The translations under genes and the position numbers were made by a program. Source: Nitrospirales bacterium (GTDB lineage: Bacteria; Nitrospirota; Nitrospiria; Nitrospirales; UBA8639). Taken from it: DNA of 64,000 bases. Where the stretch lies: contig CBDCWC010000003.1 of NCBI GenBank assembly GCA_965223295.1, positions 32,001-96,000 of the forward strand, written 5' to 3'. Positions within the stretch are counted from its first letter, which is position 1, and each line of letters opens with the position of its first letter. This document shows positions 20,723-31,105 of the stretch, one piece after another. Under the pieces are notes generated by a model that searched no databases, had not been told where the DNA came from, and saw only the letters and a list, made by a program, of their open reading frames with translations.

Positions 20723-21886
20723 ATGTGGGAGGCAAAACTCAGACAGTTATCCCAAGATCACTTATTGCGAGAACTATCCGTTACCTACTCGGCATGTGGT
20801 CCGGTTGTCTCAGTAGATGGAGAAAAAACTCTTCTTTTCGCCTCAAATGATTACCTAGGGCTGGCCAATCACCACGAAGTCAAACTTGCAGCCATTGGGG
20901 CCATCAAGCAATTTGGCGTGGGTACTGGTTCTTCTCGATTAATTTCTGGAACACGAACCTCCCATCACTTGCTCGAACAAGACTTAGCACAATTCACCAA
21001 AAGCGAAGCGGCACTCACGTTTTCGTCAGGATACACCACAAATCTAGGAGTTCTTCCTCGTGTTGCCAATGCAGAGGGACTGATCCTTGTCGACCGGTTG
21101 TGTCATGCCAGCCTGATTGATGCCTGCCGTCTGAGCCAAGCCACGCTTCGAGTGTTTCATCACAACGATATCGAGCATCTTCGAACTCTTTTAGGCAAAC
21201 GTCCAATTCGTCAACCAACCGTACTCGTCACCGAAGGAGTCTTCAGTATGGATGGTGATCTTGCGCCCCTGCCTGAACTCGTGACATTGGCGGAAGAATT
21301 CGAGGCAACTCTGCTCATTGATGATGCTCACGGAACGGGCGTTTTCGGCGCAACCGGAGGCGGAACGCTAGAACATTTTGGAATAGAAGAAGCCTCACAT
21401 ATTCTTCATATGGGGACCCTGAGTAAAGCCGTAGGCACTAGTGGTGGATTCATTACCGGGAACAAAAATTTTATTTCCTATCTTATTAATACGTCACGAT
21501 CTTTCATCTATAGTACCGCCCCTCCTCCAGCCATCACCGCCGCAGCAAGGACAGCCATACAGCTGATTCAGCAAGAACCCGAAAGACGTACTAAGCTTTG
21601 GAACAATCGGAACCACATGTATCACGGCTTACAAGCCATGGGCTGCCGAATGCCTCCAACACAAAGCCCCATACTCCCGATCATTGTGAATGATCCTGAA
21701 CTCGCCGTGGATATGAGCCGCCAGTTACGCGAAAAAGGCCTCTACATTCCTGCTATCCGTCCTCCTACGGTTCCCAAAGGCACTAGCCGCCTCCGAGTGA
21801 CCGTCACAGCCGAACATTCTCAGGAACATATCGATTCTGCTCTTCAAATCATCCAACAACTTGGTCATTCCCTCAAAATCTTCTAA
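20723..21886 (+). CDS. bioF: 8-amino-7-oxononanoate synthase
   Basis: SNDYLGLA, EGVFSMDGD, DDAHG, GTLSKA (PLP Lys), AIRPPTVP. Confidence 0.92.
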   Translation: MWEAKLRQLSQDHLLRELSVTYSACGPVVSVDGEKTLLFASNDYLGLANHHEVKLAAIGAIKQFGVGTGSSRLISGTRTSHHLLEQDLAQFTKSEAALTFSSGYTTNLGVLPRVANAEGLILVDRLCHASLIDACRLSQATLRVFHHNDIEHLRTLLGKRPIRQPTVLVTEGVFSMDGDLAPLPELVTLAEEFEATLLIDDAHGTGVFGATGGGTLEHFGIEEASHILHMGTLSKAVGTSGGFITGNKNFISYLINTSRSFIYSTAPPPAITAAARTAIQLIQQEPERRTKLWNNRNHMYHGLQAMGCRMPPTQSPILPIIVNDPELAVDMSRQLREKGLYIPAIRPPTVPKGTSRLRVTVTAEHSQEHIDSALQIIQQLGHSLKIF

Positions 21887-22125
21887 ATCTCTCCCTTACA
21901 TCCTCATCAACAGCGATTTTTTGAGGTTTCTTCTTCTGAACAGCCGCAAATTTGCTTAAATTTTAACTAGTCAACAAACAAAAAAGCTTCTCATTCAAGA
22001 AAATCCTGTTCTATTCCGACAAGATGAGCAGGAATGCTACAGGTCCCCAGTCAATGTCCAGGAACAATTCGCCTCAGGGAGGTCATGGCTACCCCCTTAT
22101 CATCAGCGAGAGATAGAGATCTATT

Positions 22126-24126
22126 GTGAAAGCTCAAATATCAAAACAGCTTTTTGCAGGAAAGTTTGAAATACAGGGAGAAATTGCCAAGGGTCAAACC
22201 GGAACAATTTTGTATGGCTATGACCTTGGATTGCGACAGGAAGTGGCCATCAAAGTCTATCATTCCCATATCAACGGCCGATTGGTTCGAGGCAAAACCT
22301 TTATCGAAAAATCAAAGCCCCTTCTCCTGATCGATCACCCAAACCTCATTAAAATTTTTAATGTCGAAGAACTAGAAGATAACCCTGTCGTCTTCATGGA
22401 ATTCTTCGATGCTCCCAGTCTCCAGCACATCATTCAGGAGCAGGGTCGGCTTTCAGTCCAAAACATGCTCATGCTGGCTCGAGAGATCGCGGATGTTCTC
22501 GTTCATACGCACTTTCAAGGCATTATCCATGGAACCCTCCATCCAGGCCATGTGTTGGTTGGTCCTCAAGGTCAGGTTAAGGTCACGGACCTGGGTTTAT
22601 CCTGGATCCTGATGGATATTTTACCCAATTGCGAGCCAGAGCTTCTTAGACCCTTGCCATACTTCCCTCCGGAAATTGCGAAGGGAGAACTACTGAATGT
22701 CAGTAGTGATCTATATTGCCTGGGCTTCATGATGTACGAAATGTTAACCGGCACCGTGCCTTACGCCGGACTGCCAAAAACTTCGATCATGGGCAAATTA
22801 GCTTTTGATCAGACTGACCCTGCATTTGACTTTCCCGATACAGTCCCAGAAGTCGTTTGCGACCTCATTCGGGATATGAGTCGGAACAACGCACATGAGC
22901 GGATACAAGATGCGACTCAGGTCCTCACCATTATCAATCAACAATTAGCTAAACTCACACAGACCGAGGAACTCTCCTCTTCGCAGCCTGAAGAAACGAC
23001 TGCAACATCAACAGCACAGACCCTCCCTCCGACAGCTATTGAAGCACACAATAGCCCGGAAGCACCAAAAACCGTTACACCACCAGCCCCAGATAGACCA
23101 TCGCCAAAAAAATCGCCCACAGTTCAACGCCCAAAAAGCTTAGTGGACTATGGCAAAGCCCAAAAAGCTGAAAAGTCACGTAAAATTGGAATTGCCATTG
23201 TCGTTATCTTGTTACTTGGAATAGCCGGTTCACTCGGATACTGGTATCGCGACTATCTAGAAACTCAGCTCTCAGCTTTCCAAGTACAGCTAGAACCTGC
23301 ATCGCCAGCCGCAGGGTCACCCCAACGCACACCAAACGAAAATGAGATGACGATCATTCCAACTCAAGATGCGGTACATGGTCAGGAGGCCCAGACAGGA
23401 GGAGACGCCCTCACGCAAGAAACCTCTCAGGATCCATCAGAGTCATCTCGTCTTCCAACAAAGGAACAGCCTGCTTCCATAGAGCCTTCAACCCCTGTCC
23501 AAACCCTGCCACCTAAGCGGATTCCTACAAGTTCAGTTGTGGTGACTCCGCCATCTGAGAAAGGCACTAAGAACATACTACCTCCTCAACCAGCAACATC
23601 CAAAGTGCCACCGCCACAATCTGTGATGCCCGTGACAAAACCACCAAGCTCCAAACCGGTGTCACCACCTGTGCCACAACAACTGCCAGCAAAGACTCCT
23701 GCTGCTTCAGACTTAGTGCCTCCTCCCTCAGAAAAAAGCGCAAAGAATATACCACCACGTCAGCCAACAACACCCAAAGCATTACCGCAACAATCTGTGA
23801 CGCCAAAGACTAAAGCCCCTATCACTAAACCGACGCCACCACCCGTTCAACAACACTTGCCGACCAGTGCCCCGCCAGCTTCAGATGTCGTCGTCCCACC
23901 AATTACGAAACCTTTAACAGACGAAACGACAAAAAAACCTGCTTCGATAGAGCCCCCCACAGAAACGATCAGTCAAAAAAAAGAATCTACTAGTTCGACA
24001 CCGCCATCCATAGATGAGACTCCCCCACCCATTCTCAACGAAACTAAAAAAATACTCGAACCCATCGATCCCTCGGCCACACAACGTTCCTCAGCCACCA
24101 AGAAACCTCCCGTTGAAAAACCTTAA
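22126..24126 (+). CDS. Hanks-type kinase-fold membrane protein (probable pseudokinase) with Pro-rich C-terminal region
   Basis: VAIK, MEF, DLG, PPE, SDLYCLG..YEMLTG.PY; catalytic loop reads HGTLHPGH; one TM (IGIAIVVILLLGIAGSLGYWY); Pro/Thr/Ser-rich tail. Confidence 0.8.
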   Translation: MKAQISKQLFAGKFEIQGEIAKGQTGTILYGYDLGLRQEVAIKVYHSHINGRLVRGKTFIEKSKPLLLIDHPNLIKIFNVEELEDNPVVFMEFFDAPSLQHIIQEQGRLSVQNMLMLAREIADVLVHTHFQGIIHGTLHPGHVLVGPQGQVKVTDLGLSWILMDILPNCEPELLRPLPYFPPEIAKGELLNVSSDLYCLGFMMYEMLTGTVPYAGLPKTSIMGKLAFDQTDPAFDFPDTVPEVVCDLIRDMSRNNAHERIQDATQVLTIINQQLAKLTQTEELSSSQPEETTATSTAQTLPPTAIEAHNSPEAPKTVTPPAPDRPSPKKSPTVQRPKSLVDYGKAQKAEKSRKIGIAIVVILLLGIAGSLGYWYRDYLETQLSAFQVQLEPASPAAGSPQRTPNENEMTIIPTQDAVHGQEAQTGGDALTQETSQDPSESSRLPTKEQPASIEPSTPVQTLPPKRIPTSSVVVTPPSEKGTKNILPPQPATSKVPPPQSVMPVTKPPSSKPVSPPVPQQLPAKTPAASDLVPPPSEKSAKNIPPRQPTTPKALPQQSVTPKTKAPITKPTPPPVQQHLPTSAPPASDVVVPPITKPLTDETTKKPASIEPPTETISQKKESTSSTPPSIDETPPPILNETKKILEPIDPSATQRSSATKKPPVEKP

Positions 24127-24203
24127 ATGCATCCTCACTGGAAACACTGAATCCTCTCGATTCATGCTCTTTTCTCTGGAAAACTGTCCACCAAAACAAT
24201 AAA

Positions 24204-24389
24204 GGGACTGTTGAATAATTCAATTTCAAGTTACGAAAACGTGTGCAGTGGAGACTTCGATGCGACGGGAATGGTCAAAAAATTCCATCCAGCAAGGCCG
24301 CAGCCATTTTTGCGCGCGGAGCGTACTGGTCTTACGTGAGCACGGAACAATGGCGAGAACGCCGCTGGCGGCTTTTTTTCAACGTTCCC
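24204..24389 (+). repeat. MITE-like dispersed repeat, copy A
   Basis: GGGACTGTTGAATAAT left end; core 24267-24389 with CCAGCAAGGCCGCAG, GCGTAC..TACGTGAG, GAACGCCGCTGGCGG and TTTTTCAAC. Confidence 0.85.
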
Positions 24390-24491
24390 ATAAGGTGAAC
24401 CCTAAATGCATTGTCCCGTCTTTCAATCATCTCCTATAATTGAATGAAATCTCCTCAAGAATTTGTTTATGTCTCATGATCGAAGTTATTC

Positions 24492-26019
24492 GTGCTAGCC
24501 AAAGTCCATAGCTTGGGATTAGTCGGGCTGGAAGCCAACCCCATTGAAATTGAGGTGGACATTGGTGGAGGGTTGCCACAATTTTCCATTGTCGGATTAC
24601 CCGATACCACCGTACGCGAGAGTCGGGATCGAGTCCGGTCCGCGCTCAAAAATACCGGCTTTCGGTTCCCTCCCAAAAAAATTACGATCAATTTAGCGCC
24701 GGCTGGAATCAAGAAAGAGGGCGCAGGATTAGAGTTGGGCATTGCCATCGGTCTTCTGGTCGCAGAGGGCATTCTCACTCAAGAATCAGTCGAAACCTAC
24801 CTGTTCGTCGGTGAATTAGCTCTGGATGGGCGCATCAAGGCAGTACCTGGGGCGCTCTCCATGGCTATTGCGACCCATGCTCCACAGGCTCTCATTTTGC
24901 CTCAGGAATAGTGCTCTACAGGCCAGCATGGTCGAGCATGCCACTGTTTTTGGCGTACACACACTGCCTCAAGTTGTTGAATTTCTCCAAGGGGCGCTTG
25001 CGCTAACGCCCATCACCACCCATGCAGAAGCCTTTGAACGACAATCCCTGCCCATTGACGAGAATTTTGCTGATGTTGTGAGCCAATTCCAAGCTAAACG
25101 TGCGATGGAAGTGGCTGCGGCTGGTGGACACAATCTCCTGATGGTTGGACCTCCCGGCTCAGGGAAAACCATGTTAGCTCAACGGCTTACAGGGATCCTG
25201 CCGCCCATGAGTTTTCAGGAATGCCTAGAAGCCAGTCAGGTCCATAGCGTGGCCGGGCATCTACCAACCACATTGCCCCTCCTAACTACCCGACCGTTTC
25301 GTGCCCCACATCACACCATTTCCGAAGCCGGCTTGGTGGGAGGAGGCTCTATCCCTAAACCTGGCGAAGTGTCTCTTGCTCATCATGGCGTCCTCTTTCT
25401 GGATGAAGCTTTAGAATTTAGCCGTCCCCTACTGGATAGTTTGCGACAACCACTAGAAAATGGCACAGTGACACTTACGCGCGCGCAAGCCAGTTTGACT
25501 TATCCGGCTAAGCTCATGTTGGTTGTCGCCATGAACCCATGTCCTTGCGGCTACTGCGGGGATCCCACACATGAATGTGTCTGTACACCCCACCAGATTC
25601 GTCGATATCGTAGCCGCCTGTCAGGCCCGCTCCTTGATCGACTGGATATTCATATTGAAGTACCCGCTGTTCCGGTCAAGGAACTCTCAGGCACCACTTT
25701 GGGAGAAAACTCCACCCACATTCGGGAACGAGTTGTTCAGGCCCGCCAACGCCAACTCGCGCGTTACCATGATGACCAGACGCTCAATAATGCACAACTG
25801 AAGCCTCGACTCGTGAAAAAATATTGTGCGTTAGATGCAGAGGGAAAAACCTTATTAGAACAAGCCGTCACCCAACTAGGGCTGTCGGCTCGCGCCTATG
25901 GCCGAATTTTACGGGTTTCCCGAACGATTGCTGATCTGGCACAATCCGAAGTCATTCAACCACCTCATGTCGCCGAGGCCATCCTCTACCGCAATTTGGA
26001 CCGTCCTCTAACGTCCTGA
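24492..26019 (+). pseudogene. comM: ComM/YifB Mg-chelatase-related AAA+ ATPase, split by a +1 frameshift near 24905
   Basis: N-part (IVGLPD..VRESRDRV..ITINLAPA) ends at TAG 24909-24911; C-part (GPPGSGKT, PFRAPHH, LFLDE, LSGPLLDR) continues in the next frame. Confidence 0.85.
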
Positions 26020-26029
26020 GACCTATCCA

Positions 26030-26248
26030 ATGGAATCTTTTAGAATATTTCGCTGGTGGTTTATGATTGGGGCTTTGATGGCGCTGGCCGTTATCATGAT
26101 TCAAGGTGGTGTCCGAGACTTAATGTTGGCCAAAGAACCCTTCTGGGAAATACAAATGGTCGAACTCATTCCTCCGATTTTTGGTGGCGGACTGTTGGGG
26201 GGCTGCATTGCGTTAATCCTGAATCGCATTAAGAAATCATCTCCTTGA
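26030..26248 (+). CDS. small two-TM hypothetical membrane protein
   Basis: ATG 10 nt after comM; two hydrophobic segments. Confidence 0.6.
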   Translation: MESFRIFRWWFMIGALMALAVIMIQGGVRDLMLAKEPFWEIQMVELIPPIFGGGLLGGCIALILNRIKKSSP

Positions 26249-26369
26249 TGCTTGGCTCACTTAAAATTTTCCAGGAAATTTCCTCTAGCCAGCAATTGCA
26301 CCTGGCCAGTACAATAGTAAGCTTATTAAGCCAAATTTCATAAATTATGGGTTCTCAGAAGGAGGCATT

Positions 26370-26807
26370 GTGGGGATGGATGTGAAAGTAGGGCCGCATT
26401 GGTATCGTAATTCAAATGGGACGGTGGAAATTGAAGGGCTTCCCCAAATTGAAATGGAACTCCGGAAAACCGGCGAGGTCCCAATCAGAGTTAACTTTGC
26501 CATTTTTGATTCTGGTGGAAAACTGCATGCCAAAATTGAATCGAATTCTCTTGTGATTAATGAACAAGGCGCGTATCAATTAGAACGCTCCGCCAAGGGT
26601 CTCGCCTTAACCAAAACCAGCGACCAAACACGCGTACTCGCTATTAATGTAGGCGAAAATGACCAGGTGGAAATTCCGGAGGGTGAGTTTTATACCCTGA
26701 AGGGCCACATCATCAAGATCACCCCTCGAGAATGGTCCGTGGAAAAAACCACGGAAACGGCAGGCGAAACGGATATGCAAGGACAACCCGTTGCCGTTGG
26801 GGCGTAA
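26370..26807 (+). CDS. hypothetical protein
   Basis: AAGGAGG RBS before GTG; 145 aa with beta-strand-like composition. Confidence 0.7.
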   Translation: MGMDVKVGPHWYRNSNGTVEIEGLPQIEMELRKTGEVPIRVNFAIFDSGGKLHAKIESNSLVINEQGAYQLERSAKGLALTKTSDQTRVLAINVGENDQVEIPEGEFYTLKGHIIKITPREWSVEKTTETAGETDMQGQPVAVGA

Positions 26808-26871
26808 CCCTTAGAAACTGTATCCGAAACGGATAGCGAAGTTACCGCCTCGACTCTATCAATCTATTACA

Positions 26872-27078
26872 TTAAATCTCTGCTGCCGGAGCATGACAAC
26901 GGCCTTCGCATATCGCACACATTCGCGAAGTCACTCCTTCACCAACACTGGCTGGCCCTAACGAACAATTTAAGTCTAACGCCACGACATCTGTGCCTTG
27001 GAACGTCCACAAACGGCCGCATTTCTGGCAACAATACCAGAGAGTATAGCCTGGCCATTCTCGATCACGTACTGCCAT
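26872..27078 (-). CDS. small Cys-rich putative metal-binding protein
   Basis: CCQKC, central C, CAICEGRCH in 68 aa; co-oriented with upstream genes. Confidence 0.5.
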   Translation of the reverse strand: MAVRDREWPGYTLWYCCQKCGRLWTFQGTDVVALDLNCSLGPASVGEGVTSRMCAICEGRCHAPAAEI

Positions 27079-27121
27079 CAGTCATATTTCTTTCTGAAAG
27101 GCCAATGGGCTTCTCCAATAT

Positions 27122-27367
27122 TTACTCAGAAGCTGAATCCCTTGCCAGCAAAACTTGCACTTTCTGAGGGACCGTCTGCAGCCATTCTTCGAAAGGCTCA
27201 TCCGCATCCACCACAATCTCAATCTTGCCATTGGCTAACCGCCGCACAACTCCTGGCCGTTCAGGGGAAAGGGGAATTTCCACCGCTTCACGTGAGATCT
27301 CTAATTGATCAGTCAACTCCAATATCTGTGAAATCTGTTGAAATGAAACGGCTGGGAAAGCACTCAC
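27122..27367 (-). CDS. small hypothetical protein
   Basis: GGAG RBS before GTG at 27367; 81 aa. Confidence 0.55.
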   Translation of the reverse strand: MSAFPAVSFQQISQILELTDQLEISREAVEIPLSPERPGVVRRLANGKIEIVVDADEPFEEWLQTVPQKVQVLLARDSASE

Positions 27368-27452
27368 GGTATCTCCGCTATCCTCAATAGACCAAAAATT
27401 GTAGAAAGGTCCTGGCTTCCTGTCAACGAACCTCAATTCGTCGAACCATGTA

Positions 27453-28487
27453 TCAATCCGCAAACACCTTGGCAAACACGTGACCGGCTCGATTCATATC
27501 TTCCTGGCTGACATCTAAATGTGTCACAGCCCGAAACGCCCGCTCACCTACCGCATTCAGCAATACTCCGGAATGACGACAATCCTCGAGCAATTGTTCT
27601 GTGGACTTTATTGACTGGGGGACTTGAAACAGCACCATATTGGTTTCGACGGCATCCACATCAACTGTGACAGCAGAAATCTCTTGAAGCAGGTGGGCTA
27701 AATGTTTGGCATGTTCATGGTCTTCAGCCAAGCGCGTCACATGATGCTCCAACGCATAAAGACCCGCCGCGGCTAAAATCCCGACCTGCCGCATCCCGCC
27801 ACCAAACATTTTCCGCAACCGACGGAGGCGTTCAATACGTGTGGCATCCGACAATACCAACGATCCCACAGGCGCCCCCAACCCTTTCGACAAACAAAAT
27901 GACACCGTATCAAATGGAGCCGCATACTCTGCAACCAACATCCCTGTTTTTGCGGAGGCATTAAATAACCGGGCCCCATCCAAATGCAGCGCCAGATCAT
28001 ATCTGCGTGCAAGAGCCGTCAACTGCTGAATAGTCTCCATGGGATAGATCGATCCCCCACCCACATTATGCGTCTGTTCCAAACACAAGAGAGTCGTAGG
28101 CGGTGTATGTAAATCCGGGCGGCGTATGGCTCGTTCAACCGCTTCAGGCGATAACACTCCTCGGCTTCCTAAAACAGGACACAATTGGACTCCCGACATG
28201 GTCGAAGCCGACCCACCCTCATAACGGAGAATATGTGCGGAACTTTCAACAATCACTTCATCCCCAGGTTGTGTATGCAATCGAATGCACAATTGATTGC
28301 CCATGACCCCAGTCGGCACAAACAGCCCAGCTTCTTTCCCTAACAATTTGGCAGCCATCGTTTCCAAACGATTGACAGTAGGATCTTCCCCATAGACATC
28401 ATCACCCACATCCGCAGCGGCCATGGCCTGCCGCATGCCAGCGGTGGGTTTCGTCACAGTATCGCTTCGTAAATCAATCACGTTCAT
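27453..28487 (-). CDS. ltaE: low-specificity L-threonine aldolase
   Basis: [40 protein letters not shown]. Confidence 0.95.
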   Translation of the reverse strand: MNVIDLRSDTVTKPTAGMRQAMAAADVGDDVYGEDPTVNRLETMAAKLLGKEAGLFVPTGVMGNQLCIRLHTQPGDEVIVESSAHILRYEGGSASTMSGVQLCPVLGSRGVLSPEAVERAIRRPDLHTPPTTLLCLEQTHNVGGGSIYPMETIQQLTALARRYDLALHLDGARLFNASAKTGMLVAEYAAPFDTVSFCLSKGLGAPVGSLVLSDATRIERLRRLRKMFGGGMRQVGILAAAGLYALEHHVTRLAEDHEHAKHLAHLLQEISAVTVDVDAVETNMVLFQVPQSIKSTEQLLEDCRHSGVLLNAVGERAFRAVTHLDVSQEDMNRAGHVFAKVFAD

Positions 28488-28589
28488 TGGCGCTCTCCCT
28501 AAACTACCTCCTCTGAAAGAGCTATATTCTAGGCAACCGCTCGCAAACACACAAGATTTTACGATCACCTTGCTTTACAATGCGTATTC

Positions 28590-29453
28590 ATGAAGCCAAG
28601 ACTGTTAGTCACGGGCGGAGCGGGGTTTTTAGGATCCCACCTCTTAAAAAAGGCAACAAATTTTACAGCGGCCGGAACATTACACCAGACGGCCTCTACA
28701 GCCATACCGAACACGACATTTCACGTCTGCGACCTTCAACAACCCGGAAATGTCCGTACCCTACTAGATCGAGTAGCACCCGAAATTATCATTCATACCG
28801 CCTGCTCTGACCAAGGCGGCAATTTGACTGCAATTGCTCCTGTTGCCGGACTTCTGGCCATGCATTCTGCGGAACGACACATTCGATTCATTCATCTATC
28901 AACCGATCAAGTCTTTGACGGGACGGCAGCACCCTATACCGAATCCAGCCCAACAACACCCATCCATCCCTATGGCACAGCCAAGGCCGAAGCAGAAACG
29001 CTGGTTCAGACTCTGTACCCCCAAGCGACCATTGTTCGCACCTCTTTGCTGTACGATTTACAGGCCCCAGACCGTCACACCCGGCAGTTAATTCAGACAA
29101 CCCAAACCAGTCAACCTTACCGCCTCTTTATCGATGAATGGCGCAGCCCACTGTGGGTCGAAAATCTCACTGATGCCTTACTGGAACTATCTCGTATTGA
29201 GAGCCCAGGACTCTTACATCTGGGTGGGCCTCAACCGATAAACCGATGGGATCTAGGCATGCAACTACTGCAACACTTTGAGGTCCAACCAACACCTAAT
29301 ATCCAGCAAGGCCTCATCGAAGAATCCGGTCTTGTGCGGCCAAAAGATCTTACTCTGAACTCCACACCTGCCCAATGCCTTCTCCACACTCCATTCCTCT
29401 CGTTTGCAGAATCTTGCGAAAAATTCTGCAACCAGCACCCTCACGCCCAATAG
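28590..29453 (+). CDS. dTDP-4-dehydrorhamnose reductase-like (RmlD-family) SDR oxidoreductase
   Basis: TGGAGFLG, HLSTDQVFDG, PYTE, YGTAK (YxxxK). Confidence 0.85.
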   Translation: MKPRLLVTGGAGFLGSHLLKKATNFTAAGTLHQTASTAIPNTTFHVCDLQQPGNVRTLLDRVAPEIIIHTACSDQGGNLTAIAPVAGLLAMHSAERHIRFIHLSTDQVFDGTAAPYTESSPTTPIHPYGTAKAEAETLVQTLYPQATIVRTSLLYDLQAPDRHTRQLIQTTQTSQPYRLFIDEWRSPLWVENLTDALLELSRIESPGLLHLGGPQPINRWDLGMQLLQHFEVQPTPNIQQGLIEESGLVRPKDLTLNSTPAQCLLHTPFLSFAESCEKFCNQHPHAQ

Positions 29454-29642
29454 GGCGTCAGGATAACCCTCACTACAAGCAAAAACTAATCTCAAAGATT
29501 CAAGATCTAAGTATGAGAACCGAAAAGAAGAGTGGCATGTGATTGGCCATCTCGACTGAGGACGTGAAGAAAACTTCCTCACCAAACATAGGCAGTCAGA
29601 TGGCCCATTATTATCAACCTCAGTTCAATTGAGGATCAATCT

Positions 29643-30620
29643 ATGAACTCTGAAAAATTTCGATTAGTCACCCGCAGTGATTTTGACGGACTCGTGTGCG
29701 CAGTGCTCCTGAAGAAAGTTGGTATCATTGAGGACATCTTGTTTGTCCACCCCAAGGACATGCAAGACGGCATCATTGCAGTATCCGAGAATGATATTAC
29801 GACCAATCTTCCCTATGTTGAAGGCGTACATTTGGCCTTTGATCATCACACGAGCGAAACCATTCGCAATACGGGCGAGCGCAGCAATCACATCATCGAC
29901 CCAGACGCCCCGTCAGCCGCACGAGTGGTTTATCGGCACTATGGAGGGGAACAGACCTTCCCTGCTGAATGGAATGAAATGATGGCAGCCGTGGATAAAG
30001 CCGACTCTGCTCAATATGATATCGACGAAGTCCTCAACCCCAGCGGTTGGGCATTGATGAATTTCCTCATGGACGCACGGACAGGACTTGGCCGCTTTCG
30101 AGAATTTCGAATCTCTAATTACCAATTGATGATGGAACTCATTGAAAAATGTATCACTCTCACCATTGATGAAATCATTGCCCTGCCGGATGTTCAAGAA
30201 CGGGTGAAGCTCTTCCAAGAACATGCCGAATTGGCCAAAAAACAAATCCAGAAATGCTCGAAGGTGTATGAAAATGTCGTCGTCCTGGATCTGCGGAACG
30301 AAGAGACCATTTATGCCGCCAACCGGTTTATGATTTATGCGCTTCATCCGGAGTGCAATCTATCAATACATGTCATGTGGGGACTCAAAAAACAAAATAC
30401 GGTTTTTGCCATTGGAAAATCGATTGTCAACCGCAGCTCAGCCATGAATATTGGCGAACTTTGTCTGGCCTACGGCGGCGGAGGGCACCATAATGCCGGA
30501 ACCTGCCAGATCGGAAATGACGTGGCAAATAACACACTCAATGAAATCATTGAAAAGATTCACGCACAGAGCCTTACCCCAGTTGCAGCTGCTCCGACAT
30601 CCTGTGCCATAAGCAATTAG
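29643..30620 (+). CDS. DHH/DHHA1-family phosphoesterase (often labelled exopolyphosphatase-related)
   Basis: RSDFDG, AFDHH, GGGGHHNAG motifs. Confidence 0.85.
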   Translation: MNSEKFRLVTRSDFDGLVCAVLLKKVGIIEDILFVHPKDMQDGIIAVSENDITTNLPYVEGVHLAFDHHTSETIRNTGERSNHIIDPDAPSAARVVYRHYGGEQTFPAEWNEMMAAVDKADSAQYDIDEVLNPSGWALMNFLMDARTGLGRFREFRISNYQLMMELIEKCITLTIDEIIALPDVQERVKLFQEHAELAKKQIQKCSKVYENVVVLDLRNEETIYAANRFMIYALHPECNLSIHVMWGLKKQNTVFAIGKSIVNRSSAMNIGELCLAYGGGGHHNAGTCQIGNDVANNTLNEIIEKIHAQSLTPVAAAPTSCAISN

Positions 30621-30642
30621 CAGACCAAGCCGTTAATCTCAC

Positions 30643-30669
30643 GGGAGGGCTTTTTTAAAAAGCCCTCCC
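30643..30669 (+). terminator. terminator-like hairpin
   Basis: GGGAGGGCTTTTT..AAAAAGCCCTCCC directly after the DHH gene. Confidence 0.6.
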
Positions 30670-30822
30670 ACCCTTCCTTAAAATACAAACGTTCAGCTAT
30701 GAAGTCCTTCTGATATTCGATGCGCCGAGTGACGATCCAACTAGGTCCTCGCAATTTTTCTTGAAATAGCAACACATAAAGGTCCCTGGCCTATCAAAGT
30801 ATCATTAACAACCCATTGCCAA

Positions 30823-30861
30823 TTGACATAAACCCATATCTAATGATACATCTATATGTAT
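30823..30861 (+). promoter_or_regulatory. possible vapBC promoter with palindromic operator
   Basis: TTGACA at 30823; ATACAT-ctat-ATGTAT palindrome at 30846-30861 touching the start codon; no SD, so possibly leaderless. Confidence 0.4.
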
Positions 30862-31105
30862 GAAGACAACTGTCGATATACCTCAATCGCTGTTAGACGA
30901 AGCAAAAAAACTCGCTACTGCTCACCGAACCACTGTAAAGGCTTTGATTGAAGAAGGGTTACGCCATGTCATCAGCGAGTATCAACATTCAAGAAAATTC
31001 CGTCTCCGTAAAGCAAGTTTTAAAGGGAGCGGTCTTCAGCCAGAGATAGAAGGAGCATCCTGGGAAACCCTGCGAGAACGTGCCTATGAAGGTCACGGAG
31101 GGTGA
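30860..31105 (+). CDS. vapB: VapB-type antitoxin (RHH)
   Basis: MKTTVDIPQSLLDEAKKLA..LIEEGLR; overlaps downstream PIN gene. Confidence 0.85.
   Translation: MKTTVDIPQSLLDEAKKLATAHRTTVKALIEEGLRHVISEYQHSRKFRLRKASFKGSGLQPEIEGASWETLRERAYEGHGG

Noticed and set aside
24248-24439. Short ORFs over the repeat copies (also 39482-39780, 56331-56573, 57918-58303, 62750-63007, 44142-44336)
   Set aside because: Their similarity to each other comes from the DNA repeats; no sign of independent coding
24492-26019. Mobile element integrated in comM
   Set aside because: The halves are contiguous apart from one base; no foreign DNA
29534-29548. sigma54 promoter before the DHH gene
   Set aside because: GG-N10-GC spacing fits but the -12 element reads TGGC rather than TTGC; too weak alone
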